Made by a program: the position numbers and the translations under genes
Source: a virus
DNA length: 64,000 nucleotides
Direction: 5' to 3' (one strand)
Virus record (IMG/VR): IMGVR_UViG_3300032315_001604
Coordinates: 1 to 64,000 of that record
Notes under the pieces: generated by a model
The model's input: only the letters and a program-made list of their open reading frames with translations
The model's database searches: none
What the model was told of the DNA's origin: nothing
Shown here: in pieces, positions 33,568 to 44,118 of the stretch
Layout: each line of letters begins with the position of its first letter
Position numbering within the stretch: the first letter of the stretch is position 1

Positions 33568-35442
33568 ATGGCAATTATCAATGCAGCAAACAATGGAAAT
33601 TGGTCAAATAGTAATACTTGGCCAAGCGGAATATTTCCTACCGTTTTAGACGATGTATATGCAAACAATCGAACAATTTACATTGATCAAAATATATCAG
33701 TATATAGTCTCAATACTACAGCGGGTACTGGAGGAACGGCTGGTGGTAGGTTTTATGCAAATCAAGGTGATAGAATTATAAATGCAAATATAATTCAAGC
33801 AGGGACTACATATTGTGTCACAGTAACAGGAACAGGTACTAGAACAATTTCCTCACAATTCATAGAAGGATCTGACACTACAAATACTACTGCTGCTATT
33901 TTAATACAAGGGACATCTACAGCATTACCAAATGTTGTTACTTATGGGAGCGCAGTTGGTGGTTTGGCATCAGGCGGTGGTGCTACTAGTACACCATCAG
34001 CAATAACAATTGAAGGTGGTATTTTAACTCATTATGGGTTTGTTTCTGGTGGAGGTGGACAAGCAACTACAAGAAGTACTGGTATTAAAATATACCAAGC
34101 AGCAAGCAGTACAATACCAGTTTCGGCTATTATATATGGAAATGTTAAAGGTGGTACAAATCCAATATGTACTGGTATAACCTGTGAGTTTTCTCCTGCT
34201 GCTACGACACTTTCAAGTTGTTTGATTTCGATATATGGAAACCTTTCAGGTGGAGATAGTTTATTAACCGCAACAACAAATAATGCAGGTTTATATACCA
34301 ACACAACAATCCATACAGAAGTTTCAGGAAACATACACGGAGGATCTGGTTTTTCTTATACAAATGGTGGTATTGTTGGATTTGCTACAACAACCCTTGA
34401 TGTTAATATTGTTGGAAATGTTTATAATCATAATAGTTTTGGTTTTTGTCCAGGAATATCTTATTCAAGCACTTCGGGTAATATTAATATAACTGGAGAT
34501 GTTGTTTGTCTTGATTCATTTGGTGGCGTTCCTGCTACAAATAGTATTAATAGCTATGCAATTTATCAAAATGGTGGTACAGCTTTAAATATTCTTGGTA
34601 ATGTTTATGGTTGTCGAGGTCTTGTAGGTTTTGCTAATGGTGGAATTTATTTAGATTCAACTAATGTTACAAGTATAACAGGGAATGTTTATGGAGGAAA
34701 TACTGGTAACTCTTATGGGATTTATGTTGCGGACAGTCCGAATATAGTTAACATATATGGTAATGTTTATGGGAATACTGTAGGTAGAGGGGTTGGTGGT
34801 CATGGCATATATATTAATTCGGGAACAGCAAGAGTAAACATTTATGGATCTGCTATAGGTTCAGAAAATGACAATACATCTTGGGGAGTAAGAAATAACA
34901 GTACTGGTGTAGTATATGCCAAAAGAGTTGTAGCTAATTCATTTGGCGTGGGATCGGGAGGAGTGTCCGACAACCCAAATTATGGTGTTGGGAGTGATAG
35001 CATTAGTGGTAGAAATCTTGTTGAAGAGTTGGTTTTTGGACCAAGAGGACAAATACCTGTTTTTGGTCCTACTTATATTGTTAAAGAAACTACCAATAGT
35101 GCAACAATACAAACGTTTGATGTTACAAAATCAAACTTTTATCAAGAAAAAAAATTAGTAGATGATACAATAATCAATACATTTTTACCAAAAGTTTCGG
35201 ATGTAAGGTCAAATGTTGTTTATGATTCTTTAACAGGAACTATGATTGTTCCTGCTCCATCTTCGGTTAATTTTGAAATACCTGTAGACAATACACAAGG
35301 TACAGCATACCTAACACCAAACATTTTATGGAATACCCAAACAACAGAATTAACGAGTCTTTCGACAGTTATTGGTTACAGAATGAATAATATTGCAACA
35401 GTTGAAACGGTTGGAAATACGTTAGCATCTTATAATATATAA
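33568..35442 (+). CDS. Gly/Asn/Ser/Thr-rich beta-helix fibre-like protein A
   Basis: Repeated IxGNVYGG; N- and C-termini shared with protein B. Confidence 0.75.
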   Translation: MAIINAANNGNWSNSNTWPSGIFPTVLDDVYANNRTIYIDQNISVYSLNTTAGTGGTAGGRFYANQGDRIINANIIQAGTTYCVTVTGTGTRTISSQFIEGSDTTNTTAAILIQGTSTALPNVVTYGSAVGGLASGGGATSTPSAITIEGGILTHYGFVSGGGGQATTRSTGIKIYQAASSTIPVSAIIYGNVKGGTNPICTGITCEFSPAATTLSSCLISIYGNLSGGDSLLTATTNNAGLYTNTTIHTEVSGNIHGGSGFSYTNGGIVGFATTTLDVNIVGNVYNHNSFGFCPGISYSSTSGNINITGDVVCLDSFGGVPATNSINSYAIYQNGGTALNILGNVYGCRGLVGFANGGIYLDSTNVTSITGNVYGGNTGNSYGIYVADSPNIVNIYGNVYGNTVGRGVGGHGIYINSGTARVNIYGSAIGSENDNTSWGVRNNSTGVVYAKRVVANSFGVGSGGVSDNPNYGVGSDSISGRNLVEELVFGPRGQIPVFGPTYIVKETTNSATIQTFDVTKSNFYQEKKLVDDTIINTFLPKVSDVRSNVVYDSLTGTMIVPAPSSVNFEIPVDNTQGTAYLTPNILWNTQTTELTSLSTVIGYRMNNIATVETVGNTLASYNI

Positions 35443-35443
35443 T

Positions 35444-37303
35444 ATGGCAATTATCAATGCAGCAAACAATGGAAATTGGTCAAATAGTAATACTTGGCCA
35501 AGCGGAATATTTCCTACTTCTAATGATGATGTTTATGCTAATACCAGAACTGTTTATATTGATCAAAATATAAATGTCAATAGTCTCAATACTACAGCAG
35601 GTACTGGCGGAACGGCTGGTGGTTTATTTTATAATACAGGCTCAATTTCTATAACAGCAGGTACAATTATGCCAGGAACAACAAACGTATTAACGTTAAC
35701 TGGAAATAATAATATTAATATTCAAAGTAGTTTAATTTCTGGTTCTTACACAACCACCAACACATGGGGTATAATTATGATAGGAGCTTCTCCCGCACCA
35801 ACCGTAACAATTAACAGCTATATTTCAGGGGGTAGTTTTGCGGGTACAACTGGAGGTATTAGACAAGAAGCGGGAAATTTAAACGTATCGGGAACTATAG
35901 TTGGAGGATCCGCAAACTCTACATGTCCCGCTATATACATTATCAATGTAGGAAACTATCCAGTTGTTTTTAATGGTGTTGGTAGTGTTGTAGGAAGTAG
36001 ACGTATACAGCTTGGAGCGGGGATCAACATCACATACGTAGGACAAGAATTTTCAAATAAAAACAGTTCTTTTACATTTACTGGTATTGTGTCTGGTTCT
36101 CCTCTAATTTCAGATCAAAACAACCAAACATCGGCTGCTATGCGTATTAATACAACAATACCTGTGTTTATAAATGGGGATGTTATAGGCGGTTCTGGTG
36201 GATTTTCTACATTCGGTGGTACTATTCAAAATTCAGGTCAAGCTGCTGTTTATATTGAAGGTAATTCGGTTGTAACTTTGAGTGGTAATGTTTATTCGGG
36301 AGTTGCTAATTTATCAGGAAGTTCTTTTGAATCTATTTATGTTCGAGGTCCATCACCCACTCTCAACATTATTGGAAATATTGTCAACGTAGAAACTTTA
36401 GGTACTGGAAATGGTTGTTTGGATTTTGGTAGTACAACGGGTTTTTTTAATCTTACTGGTAATATTATTTCAAGTTCTGGTACAAGAAATGTAGCAAGAG
36501 TTGTTGGAGTTGGTAATACAAATACTTTTACTATGTACGGAAATATTAGTGCAAATCGAAGTATAGGATTGACTATGGCAAATAATAGCACAGTAAATAT
36601 ATATGGTGATGTTTATGCGGGTAATACATCAGGTAGTGGTGGCACTGGATCAGCGGGTATAGTTATATCATCAGGTGCAAGAGGAAAACTTAATGTATAT
36701 GGTACGGTAAATTCAGGAAATGCCAACTTTTCACATGGAATTGGTTATGGTAGTAGTGTAGTAACCTCAATTTATGCTAAAAAATTAAAAGGTGGTGTAT
36801 ATGGTATTGGATCTGGTACAGGTACACCTTTGACATATGCAATTGGAGCGACACAAAACGTTGTTTCGTTGCCAACGATGAATATTGTATGCGAAGAATT
36901 AGAATTTGGAAGATATGGAGCACCACCAGTTTTATTAAATGTTTGTTTTGCTGATAAATCTTTTAATACTATTACTATGCCAGTTACAAGTACAACCGCA
37001 GAAATAAAAACATTAGTCGATCCCAATTTTAATAATATCATGCCATCGGTTTCTGATGTTCGTTTAGAAACAATTTATAGTGCAGGTAACTTAATAGGAA
37101 CTTGCAATATACCACCAATTGAAAATGTTGAATTTAAAGTACCAGTTGACAATAGCTATGGAATAGCCGCACTAACACCCCAATCGATTTGGAACACAAC
37201 TACTACACAATTAACTTCTTTATCGACAAGTATTGGTTATAGACTTAATAATGCTGCAACAGTTGAATCGGTGGGTCAGCAGGTAGCAGCATTTGGTGCA
37301 TAA
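35444..37303 (+). CDS. Gly/Asn/Ser/Thr-rich beta-helix fibre-like protein B
   Basis: First 74 coding nt identical to protein A; shared C-terminal PxVSDVR...PVDN...IGYR. Confidence 0.75.
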   Translation: MAIINAANNGNWSNSNTWPSGIFPTSNDDVYANTRTVYIDQNINVNSLNTTAGTGGTAGGLFYNTGSISITAGTIMPGTTNVLTLTGNNNINIQSSLISGSYTTTNTWGIIMIGASPAPTVTINSYISGGSFAGTTGGIRQEAGNLNVSGTIVGGSANSTCPAIYIINVGNYPVVFNGVGSVVGSRRIQLGAGINITYVGQEFSNKNSSFTFTGIVSGSPLISDQNNQTSAAMRINTTIPVFINGDVIGGSGGFSTFGGTIQNSGQAAVYIEGNSVVTLSGNVYSGVANLSGSSFESIYVRGPSPTLNIIGNIVNVETLGTGNGCLDFGSTTGFFNLTGNIISSSGTRNVARVVGVGNTNTFTMYGNISANRSIGLTMANNSTVNIYGDVYAGNTSGSGGTGSAGIVISSGARGKLNVYGTVNSGNANFSHGIGYGSSVVTSIYAKKLKGGVYGIGSGTGTPLTYAIGATQNVVSLPTMNIVCEELEFGRYGAPPVLLNVCFADKSFNTITMPVTSTTAEIKTLVDPNFNNIMPSVSDVRLETIYSAGNLIGTCNIPPIENVEFKVPVDNSYGIAALTPQSIWNTTTTQLTSLSTSIGYRLNNAATVESVGQQVAAFGA

Positions 37304-37311
37304 ATAATTAT

Positions 37312-37497
37312 ATGGAAATTATAAGCGTAGAGGTTTTTATAACCAAACAATATATGTTTAAAAAAAATGATGTAAATTATAGTTGTCTTGTAGAAATAAA
37401 AAATAATCAAATAGCAAATATATCCATTACTTGCAGTAATGGATTAAACGTTGAACAAAATATTACAGAAGAAATTAAAAATTTAATATCTATTTAA
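37312..37497 (+). CDS. Small hypothetical protein
   Basis: TAAATA box upstream. Confidence 0.45.
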   Translation: MEIISVEVFITKQYMFKKNDVNYSCLVEIKNNQIANISITCSNGLNVEQNITEEIKNLISI

Positions 37498-37543
37498 ATT
37501 TTTTCTTGATGTTTTGTTTTTTTTATTATAATATATCAAGTAT

Positions 37544-37618
37544 GCACAGTTAGCTCAGTGGTAGAGCGGTACGTTTACACCGTATTGGTCGGGGGTTCGA
37601 ATCCCTCACTGTGTACCA
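37544..37618 (+). tRNA. tRNA-Val(TAC)
   Basis: GTACG-TTTACAC-CGTAT; CCA. Confidence 0.92.
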
Positions 37619-37620
37619 TA

Positions 37621-37691
37621 GGGGGATTAGTTAAGTGGTATAACTCCTGATTTGCATTCAGGTGTCACCAGTTCGACTCTGGTATCCTCCA
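37621..37691 (+). tRNA. tRNA-Ala(TGC)
   Basis: CCTGA-TTTGCAT-TCAGG; G3:U70; A73. Confidence 0.9.
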
Positions 37692-37731
37692 TTTTTCTTG
37701 TTATATTTTAAAATTCTGTTAGAATCAAAAA

Positions 37732-37998
37732 ATGCAAACTTATATTACAGAATTTTTTGGAATTCTAATGATGCTTAGTTTTATGCTTTGTTATATTCCA
37801 CAAATTGTTAAAATATTCAAAAATCGATCATCAAATGATGTGTCATTAATGCTGATTTTGATGTCTATTGTTGGTTATATATCTGGTATGATTTATATGT
37901 TCTTAACAAGATTTGGAATTTGGTGGTTTATGAATTATTGTGTGGGATTGATCATGTGTAGCATTTTAGTCTATGCGTGGTTTAAATTTAAAAAATGA
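37732..37998 (+). CDS. PQ-loop / SemiSWEET-like transporter
   Basis: Three helices; YIPQIVKIFKNRSSNDVS. Confidence 0.8.
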   Translation: MQTYITEFFGILMMLSFMLCYIPQIVKIFKNRSSNDVSLMLILMSIVGYISGMIYMFLTRFGIWWFMNYCVGLIMCSILVYAWFKFKK

Positions 37999-38047
37999 AT
38001 AATATTTAATTTGCGTTTAAATTTTTTTCTGTTATATTTTAAATACT

Positions 38048-38350
38048 ATGATTAAAACTGTACAGAAAAAAGAAGAATATTTTATTGAATTCACAGATGA
38101 AGAAATGGATCAATTGGGATTTAAACCCAACACAAGATTCACAATAGAATTGAGTGAAGATAAAAGCAGTTTGAAATTAACTCCCCACGAAGAAATGGAA
38201 ATCGATTTGGATGAGTTTTCCAAAGAAGATTTAATTAATATTATTGTTGCTGCAAATAAAGCAGATATGACTTTTGAAGATTTTGTTGTTGACTCTTTGA
38301 CTAAATTCTGCGAAGCTCATAAGGACGAAGATGAAGGGTCTATTTTATAA
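38048..38350 (+). CDS. Hypothetical protein, AbrB-like N-terminus
   Basis: FIEFTDEEMDQLGFKPNT pattern. Confidence 0.4.
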   Translation: MIKTVQKKEEYFIEFTDEEMDQLGFKPNTRFTIELSEDKSSLKLTPHEEMEIDLDEFSKEDLINIIVAANKADMTFEDFVVDSLTKFCEAHKDEDEGSIL

Positions 38351-39014
38351 TAATGTTCGCCAAGAGGCAAGAAACCACGAAATTCTTTTTTGGGGTTGCT
38401 TGCATTGGCATCATAATCCAAAGTGGGATATTCCCATTTGGAAGCGTAGAGGGTTTGATTCTGTTGAAGAGCACGACGAAGCTATTGTTTTAAATTGGAA
38501 TAGTAAAGCATCGGATAAAACTATTGGTTTTCTTCTGGGCGACATCATGTTTGGTTATGGTGGAATGGAAGAATTCATGAAGCTTATGCGCCGTTTGAAG
38601 TTTCAACGCCTCTTTGTTATGTCTGGAAATCATACAGCAGGGTGGAAACAAGCATTTGAAAGTGTAAAAGACAATACAGTATATGTTGATGGATATCGCA
38701 GAGAAGTAATATTTGTTCCAAACTATTTGGAAGCATATATTAATGGTCAGCCTATTGTCATGTGCCACTATCCAATTTTGTCTTGGAACGGAGCAGGAAA
38801 AGGTTCGTGGATGCTTTTTAGTCATGTTCATGGTTCACTTGGAAATAGTGAATTAGGACGTATGTATTTGAAAGATGGAGGTTATAACTTGGAAGTTTCC
38901 GTTGAAGCAACAAAATTTCCTTTGACTTATGGAGAAATTGGTGCTATTATGAGAAATAAATCTAAATTTAAAACAGATCATCACGACGAAAATGCATCAA
39001 CACCATTTAGCTAA
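38331..39014 (+). CDS. Calcineurin-like phosphoesterase
   Basis: GCLH (Cys for Asp), LGD, GNH, CHYP, HVHG. Confidence 0.75.
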   Translation: MKGLFYNNVRQEARNHEILFWGCLHWHHNPKWDIPIWKRRGFDSVEEHDEAIVLNWNSKASDKTIGFLLGDIMFGYGGMEEFMKLMRRLKFQRLFVMSGNHTAGWKQAFESVKDNTVYVDGYRREVIFVPNYLEAYINGQPIVMCHYPILSWNGAGKGSWMLFSHVHGSLGNSELGRMYLKDGGYNLEVSVEATKFPLTYGEIGAIMRNKSKFKTDHHDENASTPFS

Positions 39015-39015
39015 T

Positions 39016-39249
39016 ATGATTTTTCATTTAGGAAAAACATCAATTTATATTGCTTACAAATTAAAATATTTGAGATTTTTTTGGTTTCCCAAATATTCTT
39101 ATTTTGATGGCGGTTCTTATTTTAAATTAAGCTTTTATTGGTTTTATTATTTGGTAGAATTTTCTCGACCAAAAAAAAATAAATGTGTCTATAAAAAAAT
39201 TTCTTTGAAAGAACTTGACAAAATTTTAAAGAAAGATATTATTAAATAA
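39016..39249 (+). CDS. Hypothetical protein
   Basis: ORF packing. Confidence 0.4.
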   Translation: MIFHLGKTSIYIAYKLKYLRFFWFPKYSYFDGGSYFKLSFYWFYYLVEFSRPKKNKCVYKKISLKELDKILKKDIIK

Positions 39250-39744
39250 ATGAACAAAGAACTGGAACTTAAACTTGTTGAAAAATACCCTGTAATTTTA
39301 AAAGATTATGGTGGAGATATGAAACAAACCTGTATGCATTGGGGAATGGAATGTGGTGATGGGTGGTACGATCTTATTGATGAATTATTGGGAAAGCTTG
39401 ATTTAATCTCTAAAAACATGGGAGTTCAAGTAACTGCTGCTCAAATTAAACAAAAATTTGGAACTTTACGTTTTTATTATGATACAGTTATCACAAATGA
39501 TCTAAATGTGGATATGTGCGTTGAAGATATTATCCGAGATGTAGTTTCTACAACGGAATCAAGATCTGCACAAATTTGTGAAAAAACTGGAAAAGGGGGA
39601 ACATTATGCAGTCGAGTAGGTTGGTTAAAAACTCTCTGTAAAGACGAAGCAGACACAGAAGGGTTTACACCAGTAAATCCAGAACTTGCTAAGTATTGGG
39701 ATGAGACTGATAATGAACAATTATCTAATAAAGAAAATATTTAA
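39250..39744 (+). CDS. Conserved phage hypothetical protein
   Basis: ECGDGWY, QIKQKFGTLRFY, CEKTG motifs. Confidence 0.6.
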   Translation: MNKELELKLVEKYPVILKDYGGDMKQTCMHWGMECGDGWYDLIDELLGKLDLISKNMGVQVTAAQIKQKFGTLRFYYDTVITNDLNVDMCVEDIIRDVVSTTESRSAQICEKTGKGGTLCSRVGWLKTLCKDEADTEGFTPVNPELAKYWDETDNEQLSNKENI

Positions 39745-39997
39745 AACATTATTATGTTTTTTATTATGCTCTTGCAGTGTTATTGAAGAAAAAAAATTCA
39801 AAGGAGAATTTAATTATACAAAAAAAGAACAAGATATGTCTAAAAATAAATTTGGCGTAGAATTTAAAAAAAGAATATATGAGACACGCGACAAAACAGA
39901 AATGTATTATATTGGTGGCAGCATTTATCATAACTATGATCTTTTCAGTAAGTCTTATCATATTAACGGCTTTACTCAACTAGGATTAGAATTTTAA
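39713..39997 (+). CDS. Putative lipoprotein
   Basis: LLCFLLCS-C lipobox-like; terminal Phe. Confidence 0.45.
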   Translation: MNNYLIKKIFKTLLCFLLCSCSVIEEKKFKGEFNYTKKEQDMSKNKFGVEFKKRIYETRDKTEMYYIGGSIYHNYDLFSKSYHINGFTQLGLEF

Positions 39998-40008
39998 AGG
40001 AGAAATAT

Positions 40009-40632
40009 ATGGGATTATTTGATAATTTTTATTTTAAAACTTATAAATTAAAAAGAAACATTTTACCTAAAAACTTGGGTGAACTTTCTTTGAAAGAAAT
40101 TCAAGATGCTCAATATCAAACAAAAGACTTAGGAGAAACTTTTGTTGGTCATTTTTACTTAAAGAAAAAAGATGGTGTATATCGTCTTTTTAAACATGAT
40201 ATAGAATATAAATGGATTGAAGGGGATAAAAAAGCTAAATCTTTAATGGATCGTCTTGGTCACATGGAAGAAATATCTTCAAAAGAAATTTTAATCGATG
40301 ATATTGGAACCAATACTATCAATGTTTATAATTTCTTTTCCAAAGAAAATCATGATTATTGGGTAGAATTTGCTTTAGTATTTTTAGAAAATGAACTTTT
40401 AAAAATCGATCTTCATGAGTTTCGTGAAGAAAAAAATGATGATAAGAAAGTTTTTGATTTGGAATTCAACGAAAAAATGCGTAAATCTGTAGAGTTTTAT
40501 AAAACTCCTTTAGGAAAAATTATTCATCTTCTCCGAGAAATATATTTGAAAACTCTTTGGAGATTTCAAATTTTTATTGGAAATATTTTTATTAAAATTG
40601 GAAACGCAATTAAATTGTGGCGACTTCTATGA
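40009..40632 (+). CDS. Hypothetical protein
   Basis: MGLFDNF...YQTKDL. Confidence 0.55.
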   Translation: MGLFDNFYFKTYKLKRNILPKNLGELSLKEIQDAQYQTKDLGETFVGHFYLKKKDGVYRLFKHDIEYKWIEGDKKAKSLMDRLGHMEEISSKEILIDDIGTNTINVYNFFSKENHDYWVEFALVFLENELLKIDLHEFREEKNDDKKVFDLEFNEKMRKSVEFYKTPLGKIIHLLREIYLKTLWRFQIFIGNIFIKIGNAIKLWRLL

Positions 40633-41111
40633 AATTTATAGAGATACTTTTACAAAATAGCACAGTCAAAGAAGCTAAACTTTATTCTGCTGCTAAAAAA
40701 GCGAGTTTAAAGCCTGATACAGGTGTTACCATTGTTAATCAAGCTGCTTATCATGTTATCAAAGATTGTGCAACAATTACATATCGATATCTTCCAATTT
40801 ATATTTGGGGCCAATATCAAGATCCGTTCCAAGCATTAAAAGGAAAATTTACAAAAAAAGACATTCAAGATTTTTTAACTGTCGCCAATTCTGATTTTGT
40901 TTATCATCAATTACTTTCGTTAATTTTAGATAAAATTGGTAAAGAATCAGAACCTCAAGAACAGAAACCAGTAGTTGCAAATTATGCATCAAGTGATGAT
41001 CCTTATGGAGATTATGGATCATCTGCATATGAAGAAGTTTCTCAAGCAACCACACAAATAAGCATATCTACTTTAGATTTACTTTGTGCTGAATTTGGTG
41101 TAACTAGTTAA
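40629..41111 (+). CDS. Hypothetical protein
   Basis: ATGA overlap. Confidence 0.55.
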   Translation: MKFIEILLQNSTVKEAKLYSAAKKASLKPDTGVTIVNQAAYHVIKDCATITYRYLPIYIWGQYQDPFQALKGKFTKKDIQDFLTVANSDFVYHQLLSLILDKIGKESEPQEQKPVVANYASSDDPYGDYGSSAYEEVSQATTQISISTLDLLCAEFGVTS

Positions 41112-41321
41112 ATGATGTTGGAATTCAAAAATCCAATACCTGTTGTCACTCCTATGGGGGATGGATATGCTATATATGTAGTTAATAGCGGAACATTTGA
41201 AAATGATATTTGGACAGTTTGTTTAGAAGAAAGTGGAAAAATCTTGCATTTTCGATCAGATCAACTTAATATTTATGCAAACGCAACATTTGGTATAAAG
41301 AAATGCAACTCACAAAAATAG
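41112..41321 (+). CDS. Hypothetical protein
   Basis: ORF packing. Confidence 0.55.
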   Translation: MMLEFKNPIPVVTPMGDGYAIYVVNSGTFENDIWTVCLEESGKILHFRSDQLNIYANATFGIKKCNSQK

Positions 41322-41369
41322 TCTAACTTTTTCTGTTTACTTTCTTAAAATTTTCTCTATAATGTCTTT

Positions 41370-41546
41370 ATGAAAAATATAGATTATTTCCTTTTTATTA
41401 TCATTCCTATAGCCATATTGTTGACTATTGACATTCAACAAACATTTAAAAATCGAGAACTTCAAACTCAAATCGATGAATTAAAAATTATTGTTGACCA
41501 AAAATTTCTTCCTGCTATAATTCTCGAACAACCCAATATTCGATAA
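41370..41546 (+). CDS. Small membrane protein (not in track)
   Basis: TTTACT-16nt-TATAAT promoter, ATG 6 nt later. Confidence 0.5.
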   Translation: MKNIDYFLFIIIPIAILLTIDIQQTFKNRELQTQIDELKIIVDQKFLPAIILEQPNIR

Positions 41547-42331
41547 TGCATACCATTATAATTCCTGATGTCCACCAAAGAGTAAATTCTGTAAAATGGG
41601 TTTTAGAAAACGAGAAAGAATATGATGAAGTAGTCTTTCTTGGCGATTGGTTTGATTCTTTTTACGATCCACCAAAAGTTGCAGGATTTGAAGAAACTTG
41701 TGAGTATCTAAAACATCTTGTTTTAGAACATCCCAACAAGGATAAATTTGTTTTTTTAATTGGCAATCATGATATTAGTTATATCTATGAAAATAAAAAC
41801 TTTTCACCTAACCCAGTTTCAAAAACTTTAAAATATTATTGTTCTGGTTTTACAATTTCTAAAGCCAGAAAATTTCGTCGTGTGTTTTTTGATCATGGTT
41901 TAAAAGATGATTTCTTTTTTAAACATTTTAAATTTGCACATCAAACACAAGGATGGACTTTATCTCATGCAGGAATTTCGGTTAAATTTTTTCCTTACGA
42001 TTATAGTATAGAAAGATTTGTAAATGAACTTCTTCCCGATGTTTGGAAAAACTTTAGAAATCTTGAGTATAATCATAATGAAATCATTTCTGCTGCTGGT
42101 TATTATCGCGGTGGACATCATCCAGTAGGTGGCGTTATATGGTATGATTGGAGAGCAGAATTTAGTTCTACTATTGAAACTGGAAAACAAATTGTTGGTC
42201 ATACGACAGTAAAAGAACCAGATTGTATTCACATGAATACACCTTTGGAGTGTTGGAACTTAGATACCGAAAAAGATTACGGTATTATAATTGATGGTCG
42301 TTTGATTACCAAAAAAATAAATATTACATGA
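41546..42331 (+). CDS. Calcineurin-like metallophosphoesterase
   Basis: PDVH, LGDWFD, GNHD, SHAG, VGHT. Confidence 0.85.
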   Translation: MHTIIIPDVHQRVNSVKWVLENEKEYDEVVFLGDWFDSFYDPPKVAGFEETCEYLKHLVLEHPNKDKFVFLIGNHDISYIYENKNFSPNPVSKTLKYYCSGFTISKARKFRRVFFDHGLKDDFFFKHFKFAHQTQGWTLSHAGISVKFFPYDYSIERFVNELLPDVWKNFRNLEYNHNEIISAAGYYRGGHHPVGGVIWYDWRAEFSSTIETGKQIVGHTTVKEPDCIHMNTPLECWNLDTEKDYGIIIDGRLITKKINIT

Positions 42332-42540
42332 CTGTTAAAGAATTAATAAATCGATTACAACAAATCGATAACCAAGAAATGATAGTTGTTGTTAATGGCT
42401 ATGAAGACGGATTTGATGACATCAAAGATCCAAAGGTCGTTGCTACTTATGAGCAAGTAGATCGTAATTGGTATAACGGAAAATACGAACAAATTTCTTC
42501 TGGACAAGGTGGCAATCTTATGCTACTATTGCCTAGATAA
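42328..42540 (+). CDS. Hypothetical protein
   Basis: MTVKELINRLQ...GYEDG. Confidence 0.55.
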   Translation: MTVKELINRLQQIDNQEMIVVVNGYEDGFDDIKDPKVVATYEQVDRNWYNGKYEQISSGQGGNLMLLLPR

Positions 42541-42953
42541 TGAAAAAGAAAGTTTTATATATTATAACTGGTCCTTCTGGAGCGGGTAAAACTACTCGCG
42601 CTAAAGAATTAATGCGCGAAAAAGGCATTAAGCACCATTACGAAGCAGATATGCTTATGATTGATCGTAATGGAGATTACGCATTTAATCCTAGAAAATT
42701 AAAAGAGTGTCATGGTTGGTGTCAGAAAGCAACCGAAAGAGCTATGCTTCTCGGTGAAGCTGTTATTATTTCCAATACAATGACAATGAAATGGGAAGCA
42801 GAACCTTATATTGAAATGGCAAGACATCACGGCTATCATATCATAATTGAACATTTAAAAACTGAATACAAAAATGTTCATGAGGTTCCTCAAGAAATTG
42901 TGGAAAAAATGAAAGCTAGAAGAGAATTTTTTAAATTGGAGGATTTTGAATAA
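42540..42953 (+). CDS. P-loop kinase (polynucleotide-kinase-like, AAA_33)
   Basis: GPSGAGKTT, EAD, ISNT, HEVP. Confidence 0.8.
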   Translation: MKKKVLYIITGPSGAGKTTRAKELMREKGIKHHYEADMLMIDRNGDYAFNPRKLKECHGWCQKATERAMLLGEAVIISNTMTMKWEAEPYIEMARHHGYHIIIEHLKTEYKNVHEVPQEIVEKMKARREFFKLEDFE

Positions 42954-43605
42954 TATGAGCATAGAAAAAATTATAGCAAGAGATCATAAACTTAGTGAAG
43001 ATTATCTTAAAGAAGCCAAACTTAATACTTGGCAAAAATTAAATTTTCATATCCGTTCTTGGACAAACAAAAAATTTGGTGTCTGGGATATTTGGGATAT
43101 TGTTCCTTATGGTTGGCAAAGATTTTATTACGACAAAATCAAAACCATTTTTAAACCACATCACTCTAGACTTCGTAAAGCTATTCCTCGTCAATGGTGG
43201 GATCTTACTGGTCTGATTGTTGAGATTAATTTTGAAATCATTAAATCCTTTTACGAAGATGAATACTCAAAAGGAATTGTTGATTGGGACGCTGATGAAC
43301 ACCATAAAAAATTTGCTGAATGGTTGGAAGCATCTTACAAATACATCACTGTGGAACGCCCAGAATTTGAAAAACAAAAAGATGCTTCATATCCAAAAAC
43401 AGATAATTTTTCTGATTGGTTTGGAGAAGAAAAAACTGATAAAAATGGCGTTGTTACTCGCACAATGAAAACTTGTGAAGAACGCTATGGAAAGTCGTAT
43501 GAAGAGGTTTATGCTGAAGTTAATAGACTTGAAGCTCTTATTGATAAAACTGACACAGAAATATTAACAGAACTTATTAAAAAAAGAAATTATTTTTGGA
43601 CATAA
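42946..43605 (+). CDS. Hypothetical protein
   Basis: ORF packing. Confidence 0.55.
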   Translation: MNNMSIEKIIARDHKLSEDYLKEAKLNTWQKLNFHIRSWTNKKFGVWDIWDIVPYGWQRFYYDKIKTIFKPHHSRLRKAIPRQWWDLTGLIVEINFEIIKSFYEDEYSKGIVDWDADEHHKKFAEWLEASYKYITVERPEFEKQKDASYPKTDNFSDWFGEEKTDKNGVVTRTMKTCEERYGKSYEEVYAEVNRLEALIDKTDTEILTELIKKRNYFWT

Positions 43606-44117
43606 TGAAAATAAAATTAAATTCAGAACAACTTGAATATGCTAAAAATTTAGCATCAAAAAGACATGAATCAAAAAACATTTCTTTTAGAAATGCACAT
43701 AGATTACATAAAAATTTAAAAAAATCTAAATTAGATCATTATATTTTACACATTACTCATAAAGCACATTTTTTAGGAGTTTTAGGAGAAATGGCTTATG
43801 CAAAAATTGTTAACGATAAAATTGATGAAAACATTTATGAGGTTAGAGATACAGGAGCAGATGTTGGAGATGTAGAAGTAAAAACATCGACATGGAAAGG
43901 TAATGATATAGAATTAAAAGTTCAGAAAAACCATTTTGAAACAAAATTTCCAAAAAAATATGTTTTGGTAAGAATAGATGAAAATAATTTTGATGAAATT
44001 GAAGTTATTGGGGAAATAACAAGAGAAGATTTTGATAAAAAGAAAAAAATAAAACAATACGCTCCAAATTATCCTATCAATTATATTGTTGGTATGAACA
44101 GTTTAAATTTATTGTAA
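43596..44117 (+). CDS. PD-(D/E)xK nuclease-like protein
   Basis: GVLGEMA...GAD...VEVKT. Confidence 0.5.
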   Translation: MDIMKIKLNSEQLEYAKNLASKRHESKNISFRNAHRLHKNLKKSKLDHYILHITHKAHFLGVLGEMAYAKIVNDKIDENIYEVRDTGADVGDVEVKTSTWKGNDIELKVQKNHFETKFPKKYVLVRIDENNFDEIEVIGEITREDFDKKKKIKQYAPNYPINYIVGMNSLNLL

Positions 44118-44118
44118 T

